From Candidatus Cryptobacteroides sp. (lineage in GTDB: Bacteria; Bacteroidota; Bacteroidia; Bacteroidales; UBA932), in the NCBI GenBank assembly GCA_045120635.1, contig JBGVEY010000042.1:7773-71772 (forward strand): a DNA stretch of 64,000 bases, written 5' to 3'. Numbering within the stretch: position 1 is the stretch's first letter; each line of letters begins with the position of its first letter. Below are positions 1 through 8,177 of the stretch, in pieces. The translations under genes were made by a program, and so were the position numbers. The notes beneath the pieces are model-generated. The model was not told where the DNA came from. It did not search any database and saw nothing but the letters and a program-made list of their open reading frames with translations.

Positions 1-453
1 AAGACATACCACATCCGGATTCTCCCTCCTGATCAGAGCAAAGATGGAATCTGCACACTGGACACGGCTGCCAACACCCGACTTTGCATCACGGAGAGCG
101 AAACGTCCCACGTTGTATGACATTATCTTTATCGTAGGATCCTGCGCAGGTTCAACCTCATCCGATGAGAGCTGGACATAACGGCCGATGAAGAAAAGCG
201 ACGGAAGCAGGGCCAGCAACGGTATGACGAACGAGCGCGACATGCGCTTCAACGCCCAAAGGAGCAAAAGGAAATTCACCACGGAGAGCGGAACGAACAT
301 AAGTCCCATCAGCGAGAATCCCCACGCCTTTGCCGGGTTGACAGGAATGGAGGCATACGACAGGACCAGAAGTCCCGCCACAATGAGCATCAGCACCCTG
401 GAAGTGATGCCGAATATTCTGCTGCCTGCCTTCTTTGTCTTCTTCTTGGCCAT
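1..453 (-). CDS. Endonuclease/exonuclease/phosphatase (EEP) family membrane protein, runs off window
   Basis: Not in the ORF track. Manual translation from ATG at 453 (overlaps rhomboid stop, TAATG) gives MAKKKTKKAGSR, hydrophobic segments, then IMSYNVGRF...ENPDVVCL, the typical EEP N-terminal motifs. Confidence 0.8.
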   Translation of the reverse strand, partial: MAKKKTKKAGSRIFGITSRVLMLIVAGLLVLSYASIPVNPAKAWGFSLMGLMFVPLSVVNFLLLLWALKRMSRSFVIPLLALLPSLFFIGRYVQLSSDEVEPAQDPTIKIMSYNVGRFALRDAKSGVGSRVQCADSIFALIRRENPDVVCL

Positions 454-1160
454 TAGTCAAATCTACTGTAAAGTGTACGTTTCTTTCTCCAATACATCAT
501 TAGGATGAAAGCGAAAATCAAACCTCCAAGGTGGGCAAAATGCGCTATGCCGTCTGCTGTTCCGGTCACTCCTGTAATGAGTTCGATTGCCGCATATATC
601 AGCACAAACCACTTGGCCTTCATTGTAACAGGAGGGAAAACGAGTCCCATGATCGAATCCGGGTAGAGCACTGCGTAACCCATGAGCAATCCGAATACAG
701 CTCCTGAAGCGCCGACGGTAGGTGTAACCTTCAACGAATGGATTGCAGTAATGGCAGCGGTACTTCCCTCTGAGGCAGCACCCATCCAATACTGCATCTG
801 AAGCCACTCCACGCATGTATGGGTCAACGCCGCTCCAAGTCCGGAAACGAAATAGAACAGAAGGAATTTCTTTGTGCCCCACTGTCTCTCGAGAACACTT
901 CCGAACATGTACACAGCATACATGTTGAAGAAAATATGCGCAAAACCGCCGTGCATGAACAGATGCGTAAAAGGCTGCCACCAATGGAAGAATGGCGAAG
1001 TAGGATAGAACAACGCGAATTTCTCATACATGAAATTGGCGTTGAGCTTGGTCATTATCATGACCAGGATGTTGATGATTATTATGTTCTTCACGGCTGT
1101 AGGTACGTTGCTCATGAAGCCTCGTCTGGCACCTCCGCCGTCATACTGGTAGTAACTCAT
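453..1160 (-). CDS. Rhomboid family intramembrane serine protease
   Basis: WWQPFTHLFMHGGFAHIFFNM, catalytic GASG, AHFAHLGG; multiple TM segments. Confidence 0.95.
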   Translation of the reverse strand: MSYYQYDGGGARRGFMSNVPTAVKNIIIINILVMIMTKLNANFMYEKFALFYPTSPFFHWWQPFTHLFMHGGFAHIFFNMYAVYMFGSVLERQWGTKKFLLFYFVSGLGAALTHTCVEWLQMQYWMGAASEGSTAAITAIHSLKVTPTVGASGAVFGLLMGYAVLYPDSIMGLVFPPVTMKAKWFVLIYAAIELITGVTGTADGIAHFAHLGGLIFAFILMMYWRKKRTLYSRFD

Positions 1161-1161
1161 G

Positions 1162-3045
1162 TTAAAAACGTTTTTCTAGGTCCTCAATAGGGATAATGGA
1201 AACAACACGCTTGCCGGTGCTGGTGTATTCTGCATTCTCACAGGCGAAGAGAGTGTCAATCAACCTCTGTGCCTCAGCCGGATTTGAGACAGAATCGCCG
1301 TTGAAAGCGCCAAGTCGTGCAAAACGGGCCGCCATATTGGCAGTCATCATCTCCGGAAGTGCGTTATGATCTTCCGACAACACCAGAAGAAGGTCTCCGA
1401 TCATAGACTGAACCTTTCCCGCCTCGACACTGTATCCCTCAGGCACGCCATTGACCACAATAGTGTCTGTGCCGAACGGAGCGATGTCAAAGCCAAGGGA
1501 TGCAAGCATCTGGGAATGCTCCTCCAGCAGGCACATGTTTTCGACTCCGACCTGTACACTGACAGGGAAAAGCGCTGTCTGCGTGACGTGACCGTTCTTC
1601 GACAAAGCCTCAAGGAAACGGTCGTACATGATTCTCTCCATCGCTCTCTGGATATTGATCGCCATGATTCCGGAGCGCGAGGTTGTCAATATATATTTAC
1701 CCTGGATCACCAGAAGGGATTTTGCAGGAGCGAGTCTGTCCTCGAAAAGCTTTCCGTAGTCGTCACGACGCTCAACCGGATGAGACGGATATGAATGTCC
1801 GGCATTGAAAGCCTTTTCAGGAGCCTCCCAACTGTTTTCCACCGGAGCGAAATCGATGATCGGGTCTCCGAACGAGGTCCTTCCGACAGAGTTCGAGTAC
1901 GGTGACTGCTCTGAAGGATAACCGTCGTTGTCGAACGGATTGAACGACGGATCTGTATTTGTAGGCAAGCTCGCAACGGGACGGAACTCGTCGAAATTGC
2001 GGCTCAATGCAGGGAGTTCAGGAAGTCCTTCCCTGTCGAAGTCGATTGAATCTCCGAAAGCGTTCTTTCCGAGCGCCTCCTTTATGCAGGCATATACGAT
2101 CTGGAATACCACGCTGTCATCCTCGAATTTGATCTCGGTCTTTGTCGGGTGGATGTTCACATCGATCGCCTGCGGATCGATATCGAGATAAAGAAGATAG
2201 GTCGGGGTCACACCCTCAGGAACAAGATTCTCATAAGCCTTCATCACCGCCTTGTGGAGGTATGGGCTCTTGAAGAATCTGCCGTTCACGAAAAGATACT
2301 GGTTGCCCAATGCCTTTCTCGCAGAAGCAGGACGGCCCACGAAACCGCTTACGGTCACGATGGAAGTCTGCGCCTGCACATCCACTATGTCATTAGCTAC
2401 AGCCGCGCCGAGTATGTCCTGGATTCTGAACTTCATCGACTTTGCCGGACGAAGGACATAGACATCCTTGCCGTTGTGGGTGAGCGTGAAACCGATATCC
2501 GGACGGGTAAGGGCCACTCTTGTGAACTCTGTCACGATATGTTTGAACTCCACAGAGTCAGACTTGAGGAATTTTCTTCTCGCCGGAACATTATAGAAAA
2601 GGTTGCGCACTGAAAAGTTCGCACCTCTTGGAGTAGAGATTTCATTGGTTGCAAGGTGCTGCGAGTCTGCGAAGTCGACCTGACAGCCCACCTCGTCCTC
2701 TTCCCTGCGGGTCTTGAGCGTAACCTCCGCCACTGCAGCTATTGAAGCGAGGGCCTCTCCACGGAATCCGAATGTGAGGATGTTATGGAGGTCCTCTGCG
2801 GTCTGCAGCTTGGAAGTAGCATGTCGCTCAAAGCAGAGAACCGCCTGATCTGGCGACATTCCGCATCCGTTATCGATGACCTGGATCAGCGTTCTGCCCG
2901 AATCCTGGATAACAACAGTTACCTGGTCGGCTCCCGCATCCACTGCGTTCTCCACCAGCTCCTTTACTACGGACGCAGGTCTCTGTACGACCTCTCCCGC
3001 AGCGATCATATTTGCAATATTACTTGGTAATATCCTTATATCCAT
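1162..3045 (-). CDS. mutL: DNA mismatch repair protein MutL
   Basis: IAAGEVVQRPASVVKELVENAVDAGA, GFRGEALASI, DVNIHPTKTE. Confidence 0.98.
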   Translation of the reverse strand: MDIRILPSNIANMIAAGEVVQRPASVVKELVENAVDAGADQVTVVIQDSGRTLIQVIDNGCGMSPDQAVLCFERHATSKLQTAEDLHNILTFGFRGEALASIAAVAEVTLKTRREEDEVGCQVDFADSQHLATNEISTPRGANFSVRNLFYNVPARRKFLKSDSVEFKHIVTEFTRVALTRPDIGFTLTHNGKDVYVLRPAKSMKFRIQDILGAAVANDIVDVQAQTSIVTVSGFVGRPASARKALGNQYLFVNGRFFKSPYLHKAVMKAYENLVPEGVTPTYLLYLDIDPQAIDVNIHPTKTEIKFEDDSVVFQIVYACIKEALGKNAFGDSIDFDREGLPELPALSRNFDEFRPVASLPTNTDPSFNPFDNDGYPSEQSPYSNSVGRTSFGDPIIDFAPVENSWEAPEKAFNAGHSYPSHPVERRDDYGKLFEDRLAPAKSLLVIQGKYILTTSRSGIMAINIQRAMERIMYDRFLEALSKNGHVTQTALFPVSVQVGVENMCLLEEHSQMLASLGFDIAPFGTDTIVVNGVPEGYSVEAGKVQSMIGDLLLVLSEDHNALPEMMTANMAARFARLGAFNGDSVSNPAEAQRLIDTLFACENAEYTSTGKRVVSIIPIEDLEKRF

Positions 3046-3048
3046 ACA

Positions 3049-3351
3049 CTATCTTGTAAGGGAATCTATCAGTATAGGGAAGTATTTGTAGATGAGATAA
3101 ACCACAGCGAAAAGGAGAATGATTGTCACCACTCCGATCGCCTTCTGGTTCTGAGCCACATCATGAGTCTTCTGGTAGTTGCCGTCACGGAAACTTCCCT
3201 TGATGTGCGAACCTGCCTTGTACTCCTCCTTCGGCTTAGTGAAGTCACCATATTTCTTTCTGCGCTCCTCTACCTCCGGATCATAGAAACGTGGCCTGTA
3301 GCTGAATCTGCGGACTTCCTGCTTGCCGAAAAAACTGAAATTGAATCCCAT
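3049..3351 (-). CDS. Small membrane-anchored hypothetical protein, first gene of the mutL operon
   Basis: FSYRPRFYDP motif and C-terminal TM helix; 3 bp from mutL; TACTTTTG -7 box upstream. Confidence 0.75.
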   Translation of the reverse strand: MGFNFSFFGKQEVRRFSYRPRFYDPEVEERRKKYGDFTKPKEEYKAGSHIKGSFRDGNYQKTHDVAQNQKAIGVVTIILLFAVVYLIYKYFPILIDSLTR

Positions 3352-3427
3352 AATATTATTCCTTTTTAACTCAATCTACAAAAGTAGTCATTTTTCTTTA
3401 AATGGCCCCGGATCTTCTTTACTTTAG

Positions 3428-3535
3428 CGTGGCACATAAGTCGCTGACCGTCAACCTTATCCTGAAAGTCGATTCCCTTAAAGCGGGGCATCGATTCTTA
3501 GCATCTCACTGATAGATAGAGGGTTAGGCGCCACG
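3428..3535. repeat. Imperfect long inverted repeat in divergent intergenic region
   Basis: CGTGGCACATAA (3428-3439) vs TTAGGCGCCACG (3524-3535), with inner stem TCGATTCCC/GGGGCATCGA. Confidence 0.45.
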
Positions 3536-3630
3536 ACCGAAGAAATTAAATTGTAATGGGCATAATAATGGAAGTTTTTATGTAAGTTTGCTACCCGAAA
3601 TAAAACCCACACTCATTTAACACACAAGAC

Positions 3631-4110
3631 ATGGATATCAGAATCGGCAACGGATATGACGTACACGCCCTCGCGGAAGGGCTGCCTTTATGGCTTGGCG
3701 GAGTGCAGGTGGAAAGTCCGATAGGATGCATCGCCCACTCGGATGGAGATGTGGCAATACATGCCTTATGCGACGCCATCCTTGGCGCACTCGCTCTCGG
3801 AGACATCGGCAAACACTTCCCCGATACTTCGGATGAATTCGCAGGAATAGACAGCAAGATCCTGCTTGCAAGGGTGATGGAGCTCATCCGCAGCAAGGGA
3901 TGGTCTGTAGGCAATGCAGACATAACCATCGCCATGCAGAAACCGAAGCTTGCACCTTATATCGTGGCGATGAGAGAATGTCTGGCCGGGGTCATGGGCA
4001 TCGACGTCGACTGTGTTTCTGTCAAAGCGACGACCACCGAGAAACTCGGCTTTGTCGGACGCGGAGAAGGTTGCGAGGTCTATGCAGTTGTTCTGCTTTT
4101 AAAAGACTAA
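3631..4110 (+). CDS. ispF: 2-C-methyl-D-erythritol 2,4-cyclodiphosphate synthase
   Basis: RIGNGYDVH, AHSDGDV, GDIGKHFPD, KATTTEKLGF. Confidence 0.98.
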   Translation: MDIRIGNGYDVHALAEGLPLWLGGVQVESPIGCIAHSDGDVAIHALCDAILGALALGDIGKHFPDTSDEFAGIDSKILLARVMELIRSKGWSVGNADITIAMQKPKLAPYIVAMRECLAGVMGIDVDCVSVKATTTEKLGFVGRGEGCEVYAVVLLLKD

Positions 4111-4121
4111 TACTCAACAAC

Positions 4122-4790
4122 TTGATTCCTAAAATATCAAAACATATTTTTATCTGGGGGCTACTTCTTATGGCACTCTCATCATGTACACCTAAAGGTG
4201 ATTTCACCCGTGCTGAACGCGAACTGATACAGGGCTGCGACAGCATTTTCAGAGTACTGACTATCGACAATCCGGCAGATCTTGAGATTCTTCGCAGCAA
4301 GTCTGCGGACCTCTCAGACAAGGCCCTGATGTCCGAGGACTTCATCCGCCTGGCCAAACTTATGATTGCCACTGTCACTCACCCGTCGCAGGACGGAGTC
4401 GGAATCGCCGGCCCACAGGTAGGTCTTAACCGCAGAGTGATTGCAGTACAGCGTTTCGACAAGGGAATACAGACAGCCGACGGTAGCGAGGAATATCCGT
4501 TTGAAGTCTATGCGAACATACGTATCGTCGAGGCATCCGACTCTCTCGTTCTCGGAGGCGAAGGATGTCTTTCTGTTCCGGACATGAACGGCAACGTTCT
4601 CAGATCGGAGGAAATCGTCATTGAATATACCGATTACTCAAGACCAGTTGAAGCACCTGACACACTTCCGGTCGTTCGCGAAACCGTTTCAGGATTTACA
4701 GCCGTGATTTTCCAGCATGAGATTGACCACCTTGAAGGCGTTCTTTATATTGACAAGGCCGTAAAGGATAAGTCTGAAAGCGAAAAATAG
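4122..4790 (+). CDS. def: Peptide deformylase with predicted lipoprotein signal peptide
   Basis: GVGIAGPQVG, EGCLS and QHEIDHLEG motifs. Likely TTG start at 4122 giving MIPKISKHIFIWGLLLMALSSC; the ORF-track start at 3900 overlaps ispF. Confidence 0.88.
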   Translation: MIPKISKHIFIWGLLLMALSSCTPKGDFTRAERELIQGCDSIFRVLTIDNPADLEILRSKSADLSDKALMSEDFIRLAKLMIATVTHPSQDGVGIAGPQVGLNRRVIAVQRFDKGIQTADGSEEYPFEVYANIRIVEASDSLVLGGEGCLSVPDMNGNVLRSEEIVIEYTDYSRPVEAPDTLPVVRETVSGFTAVIFQHEIDHLEGVLYIDKAVKDKSESEK

Positions 4791-4829
4791 GGCAGATTTA
4801 TGCTTTTGACGAAACTTTTTGCAAAAAAT

Positions 4830-4860
4830 TTTGCATTTAATTAAAATATTCATACCTTTG
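4830..4860 (+). promoter_or_regulatory. Bacteroidetes sigma-A promoter for the tRNA pair
   Basis: TTTG (4830-4833), 19-nt spacer, TACCTTTG (4853-4860). Confidence 0.75.
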
Positions 4861-4890
4861 CAATCCCAAAATTTAAATGGGAAGCCAAAT

Positions 4891-4961
4891 TGAGATATGG
4901 TGTAATGGTAGCACTACAGATTCTGGCTCTGTCAGTGAGGGTTCGAGTCCTTCTATCTCAA
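4891..4961 (+). tRNA. tRNA-Gln(CTG)
   Basis: TGAGATA acceptor stem pairing with TATCTCA; anticodon arm ACAGA-TT-CTG-GC-TCTGT; GTTCGAGTCC T-arm. Confidence 0.95.
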
Positions 4962-4977
4962 CAAAAACCAATCCAAT

Positions 4978-5051
4978 GGCGGGATAGCTCAGCTGGTTAG
5001 AGCGCATGATTCATAATCATGAGGTCCCCAGTTCAATCCTGGGTCCCGCTA
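4978..5051 (+). tRNA. tRNA-Met(CAT), elongator-like
   Basis: GGCGGGATAGCTCAGCTGGTTAGAGC; anticodon arm CATGA-TT-CAT-AA-TCATG; GTTCAATCC; acceptor stem ends TCCCGCTA. Confidence 0.93.
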
Positions 5052-5052
5052 C

Positions 5053-5327
5053 AAGAAAGCACAGCAGAAACGCTGTGTTTTTTTCGTTTATATACCCTCG
5101 AGCCATGCCCCGTAGGGGCTGCCATTGACAAGAGCGACTTGCGAGCTTGCTCGCAAGGGTGCTCACGGCAATGGCACAAGTGAGCAAGGCGAACGATGGC
5201 TTGAGGGTATCTCACTCGTACAATCCACAGAGGATTCCCTCACAGATTTCTTGGGTACAATGCGAACGGACCGAAAGGATTAGAAGGAGCCGCGAAGCGG
5301 CGACTGAAACATCCCGCGTCCCGCTAC
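5053..5327. mobile_element. Non-coding palindromic mini-element flanked by direct repeats of the tRNA-Met 3' end
   Basis: ATCCTGGGTCCCGCTAC (5036-5052) recurs as ATCCCGCGTCCCGCTAC (5311-5327), 15/17 identical. Nested hairpins inside, with 5092-5106 pairing 5196-5210. Confidence 0.65.
5056..5084 (+). terminator. Intrinsic terminator after tRNA-Met
   Basis: AAAGCACAGC-AGAAAC-GCTGTGTTT followed by a T run. Confidence 0.8.
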
Positions 5328-5336
5328 TTGAAAATC

Positions 5337-5369
5337 AAGCACTTACGAAAGTTTCGTGAGTGCTTTTTT
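5337..5369 (+). terminator. Intrinsic terminator after the duplicated tRNA 3' end (left end of island)
   Basis: AAGCACTTACGAA-AGT-TTCGTGAGTGCTT-TTTT. Confidence 0.75.
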
Positions 5370-5499
5370 CATTGTAGGGAACTTTAGGGGAACTTGAAAT
5401 CCGAAATTTTGTTTAGTTTTCATTAATTTCAACTGGTTATTGGTACTAACCACTTCATTCCCTCGTTCTTCTTTTGACCTTGATACACTTCCAGTAGCA

Positions 5500-6486
5500 T
5501 CAATTCTTTTCTTTGAGTTTCTTTATCTCTCTATCGAAGTCGCTCTCCAGCATTTCCATCTCGCGCTGGCGATAAATTTCAAACTCCTGCTCCGCTTTTT
5601 TGATTGCTTGAGCGTGCGACACCGTTCCTTTCCCTATCAAGACCTTTCTCTTATGAGCAGTTATCTGACCATCCAGAGCCTCAATCCAATCCTTCATCGT
5701 CATAGGATTCATTTCCAAAGCCTGGAACTCAGCAAAGTCCAAGAATCCGGACACAAGAAGATTGAGTCGCTGTAACTCCAACTCTGAAAGATAATTCTTG
5801 GCAATCTTCACATCGTCCTTGGTAACATAGTTACCCTTGAAGTTGGTCATACCAACGAACGGCTTTTCATTATCCACACGATTATAGATAACCTCCGCTG
5901 CGGTATTCTCATGGACCGCATAATGCAATTTATTCTGTACAGTCGCGAAGAAAGTCTTAGTCATATCACTGCGAGGATCATAGTCGACTGCAGTCGCATA
6001 AATATCTGTCACCTGCTGATAGAAGTTACGCTCACTGCTACGGATATCCCTGATACGCTGCAAAAGCTCACGGAAATACCTGTTACCACCCTGCTTCAGC
6101 CTCTCATCATCCATCGCGAATCCCTTCTGGATATACTCATGAAGTCTCTGCGTAGCCCACCTGCGGAAACGCACAGCCACCTGTGACTGCACGCGATATC
6201 CGAGGGCAATGATCATGTCAAGGTTATAGTGAGCAACGTTACGCTTCACCTGACGGGAGCCTTCTTCGCGAACTAGTAAGAAATCCTTACTAGTTGAATC
6301 CAACAGCAACTCTTCATCTGCATATATATTCTTTATATGCATCGTGATATTCTCACGACTTGTGCAATAAATCTCCGCCAACTGATTCTGTGTCAGCCAC
6401 AAATCCTCATCCGCGAACCTCACTGCTACACGAGTGATCTCGTTGTCATCCTGATATAATATAATCTTGTTTTGTTCCATATCCAA
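5500..6486 (-). CDS. RhuM-family (virulence RhuM-like) DNA-binding protein
   Basis: LWLTQNQLAEIY, HYNLDMIIALGYRVQS, FRRWATQRLHEYIQKGFAMDDERLK, RIRDIRSSERNFYQ. Confidence 0.92.
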   Translation of the reverse strand: MDMEQNKIILYQDDNEITRVAVRFADEDLWLTQNQLAEIYCTSRENITMHIKNIYADEELLLDSTSKDFLLVREEGSRQVKRNVAHYNLDMIIALGYRVQSQVAVRFRRWATQRLHEYIQKGFAMDDERLKQGGNRYFRELLQRIRDIRSSERNFYQQVTDIYATAVDYDPRSDMTKTFFATVQNKLHYAVHENTAAEVIYNRVDNEKPFVGMTNFKGNYVTKDDVKIAKNYLSELELQRLNLLVSGFLDFAEFQALEMNPMTMKDWIEALDGQITAHKRKVLIGKGTVSHAQAIKKAEQEFEIYRQREMEMLESDFDREIKKLKEKN

Positions 6487-6497
6487 CTTAATTCGTC

Positions 6498-7268
6498 TTA
6501 CTCTGATCGATTAATAAAAAGTTCTCGTTGAAGACTCCAGTTTGCAAAGTTATCAGGAAGTGAATAATACTCTTGCAGCTCCTTATACAACATATCAAGC
6601 GCAACCGTATCAGTTATCTTATTTGCTTTTCTAGTATCACACAACCAACCAATACTATTGAAGCTTATTTCTGGAAGCAAATATAATCTAACATTTGTGT
6701 CATTTGCCCAAACTGCTCCCATTTCATTCAGGCAGATCTCACTAGCTTTATAGTTATTTGAGATCAGTAGGAATGAATAATCCGCAGAAAGAATATTCTC
6801 ATGAATATGAAGTCTGATATCGTCCCCATTCCTGATAGCAATATCCTCAATTGAAGTACAGAAAATATCATTACGGTTGATACCAATACCTAAGCATAAG
6901 ATGCGGTCGACAAAATCAGATACAATCTTATAATCTTTCGAAGAGTGACTTATAAATATTCGTTTACCACCCACAGTTTTCTCTACTTCACACAAACAGT
7001 CCACAATAGCCTTAATCGCAGATATATGAACGATTTTATCATTATCATAAAGTGTCATACTTTCCTTGAGGCCAGCAGCTATATCTGGATATTTACTTCG
7101 AATGGATTTGTACAACTCCTCTAACAAAGACTCCAATTGCTGAACACTGCCAATCACATCATAATCAGTAAAGATTACTTGCCCACAAGTTATCTTATTT
7201 CTGCGAAAGGATATATTTTGATCCATATATTCTTTGCATTTATTTGCGATACTAGATATAGCCCTCAT
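6498..7268 (-). CDS. TIR-domain protein with an uncharacterised ~100-aa N-terminal domain
   Basis: RIFISHSSKD (box 1), LLISNNYKASEICLNEMGAVW with the catalytic-type Glu. Alternative start at 7226. Confidence 0.85.
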   Translation of the reverse strand: MRAISSIANKCKEYMDQNISFRRNKITCGQVIFTDYDVIGSVQQLESLLEELYKSIRSKYPDIAAGLKESMTLYDNDKIVHISAIKAIVDCLCEVEKTVGGKRIFISHSSKDYKIVSDFVDRILCLGIGINRNDIFCTSIEDIAIRNGDDIRLHIHENILSADYSFLLISNNYKASEICLNEMGAVWANDTNVRLYLLPEISFNSIGWLCDTRKANKITDTVALDMLYKELQEYYSLPDNFANWSLQRELFINRSE

Positions 7269-7341
7269 ATAGAATAGGAAATTATATCAATCAAACACTT
7301 GCATTGCATTAAATTAAATACATAATAGGAGATTTCACACT

Positions 7342-8169
7342 TTATTCTAATTGCTTTCTATAAACCGAATCCAAAGTGTTTCCATCTTCATCCTTCCACA
7401 CGATCCATCCATTGTTACTGCTACCAATACAGAAGTCTGCTGCTGTACTTGGGCTAGAGAATGTTTTATCTGACGTCATTACTAATTTTCCACAGTCCGT
7501 AGCGGCATACTCACCTGCCAGACGATCACGTTTATCGCCCCACTTAAGCGACGGTGCAGAAGTATTAGCAATCACGCTACCTTTCAAGACTGTGAATCCA
7601 TTTGAGCTATAGAAACCTTTTGCATCACTACCACGGCCTTTAGTATAAAACAAATGCTCCGCCTTAGGTTGTGACACCTCAAATATTGTGCAACCGCTGA
7701 ACGCCGCCAGAAATTTCACATACTCAAAGAACTCATCCATAGAATCCTGCTGATATTCCGGCAGATTAGGAGCCTTTGGAGTTTGTTTATTATCACTCAG
7801 AATAAACGTATTGGCTTTCTTAGCCTCCACTATCGCTTTGTGCTCAAGATATTGCACATCAGCCTTTGTCATATCAGCATCCTTAGACACAAATATCAAC
7901 GCCTTCTGCCAGAATGCCTTCTTGCTGTCATGATCCTTCACACGCTCACGGAAATTTTCAGTCTCTCCTATATACGCCTGCGGTTTAGTTGCCTCATCCT
8001 CACCCAGCAGAATATAAAACGCTGGCTTCTGCAACTTCTCCTGCGTATTCAGATAGGATAAATTCGACCTCGGCACAATGAACATCTGACAAGTTGTATT
8101 GCGGATAAACGCATATTGTGTTCCCTTCGGGTCTCCGTCGATCAAGTATGTGGTTACTGTTTTGCCCAT
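7342..8169 (-). CDS. GIY-YIG nuclease with C-terminal DUF4357 domain
   Basis: AFYILLG...AYIGETENFRERVKDH, YLE, and C-terminal FTVLKGS...FSSPSTAA...SSNNGWIVWKDEDGNTL. Confidence 0.9.
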   Translation of the reverse strand: MGKTVTTYLIDGDPKGTQYAFIRNTTCQMFIVPRSNLSYLNTQEKLQKPAFYILLGEDEATKPQAYIGETENFRERVKDHDSKKAFWQKALIFVSKDADMTKADVQYLEHKAIVEAKKANTFILSDNKQTPKAPNLPEYQQDSMDEFFEYVKFLAAFSGCTIFEVSQPKAEHLFYTKGRGSDAKGFYSSNGFTVLKGSVIANTSAPSLKWGDKRDRLAGEYAATDCGKLVMTSDKTFSSPSTAADFCIGSSNNGWIVWKDEDGNTLDSVYRKQLE

Positions 8170-8177
8170 AAACTCAG

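Noticed and set aside
3900-4121. N-terminal extension of def in the ORF track
   Set aside because: Overlaps ispF out of frame and reads as non-protein-like; TTG 4122 gives a clean lipoprotein signal.
4891-4961. tRNA-Gln as an amber suppressor for the TAG at 17710-17712
   Set aside because: The anticodon is CTG, not CTA, and many genes in the window use TAG as a normal stop.
5033-5359. Short ORFs 5033..5215 (-) and 5147..5359 (+)
   Set aside because: One overlaps the tRNA and both lie in palindromic DNA; no protein-like features.
6498-7268. Calling the TIR gene Thoeris thsB
   Set aside because: No thsA-type effector in the window, and the extra N-terminal domain does not fit.
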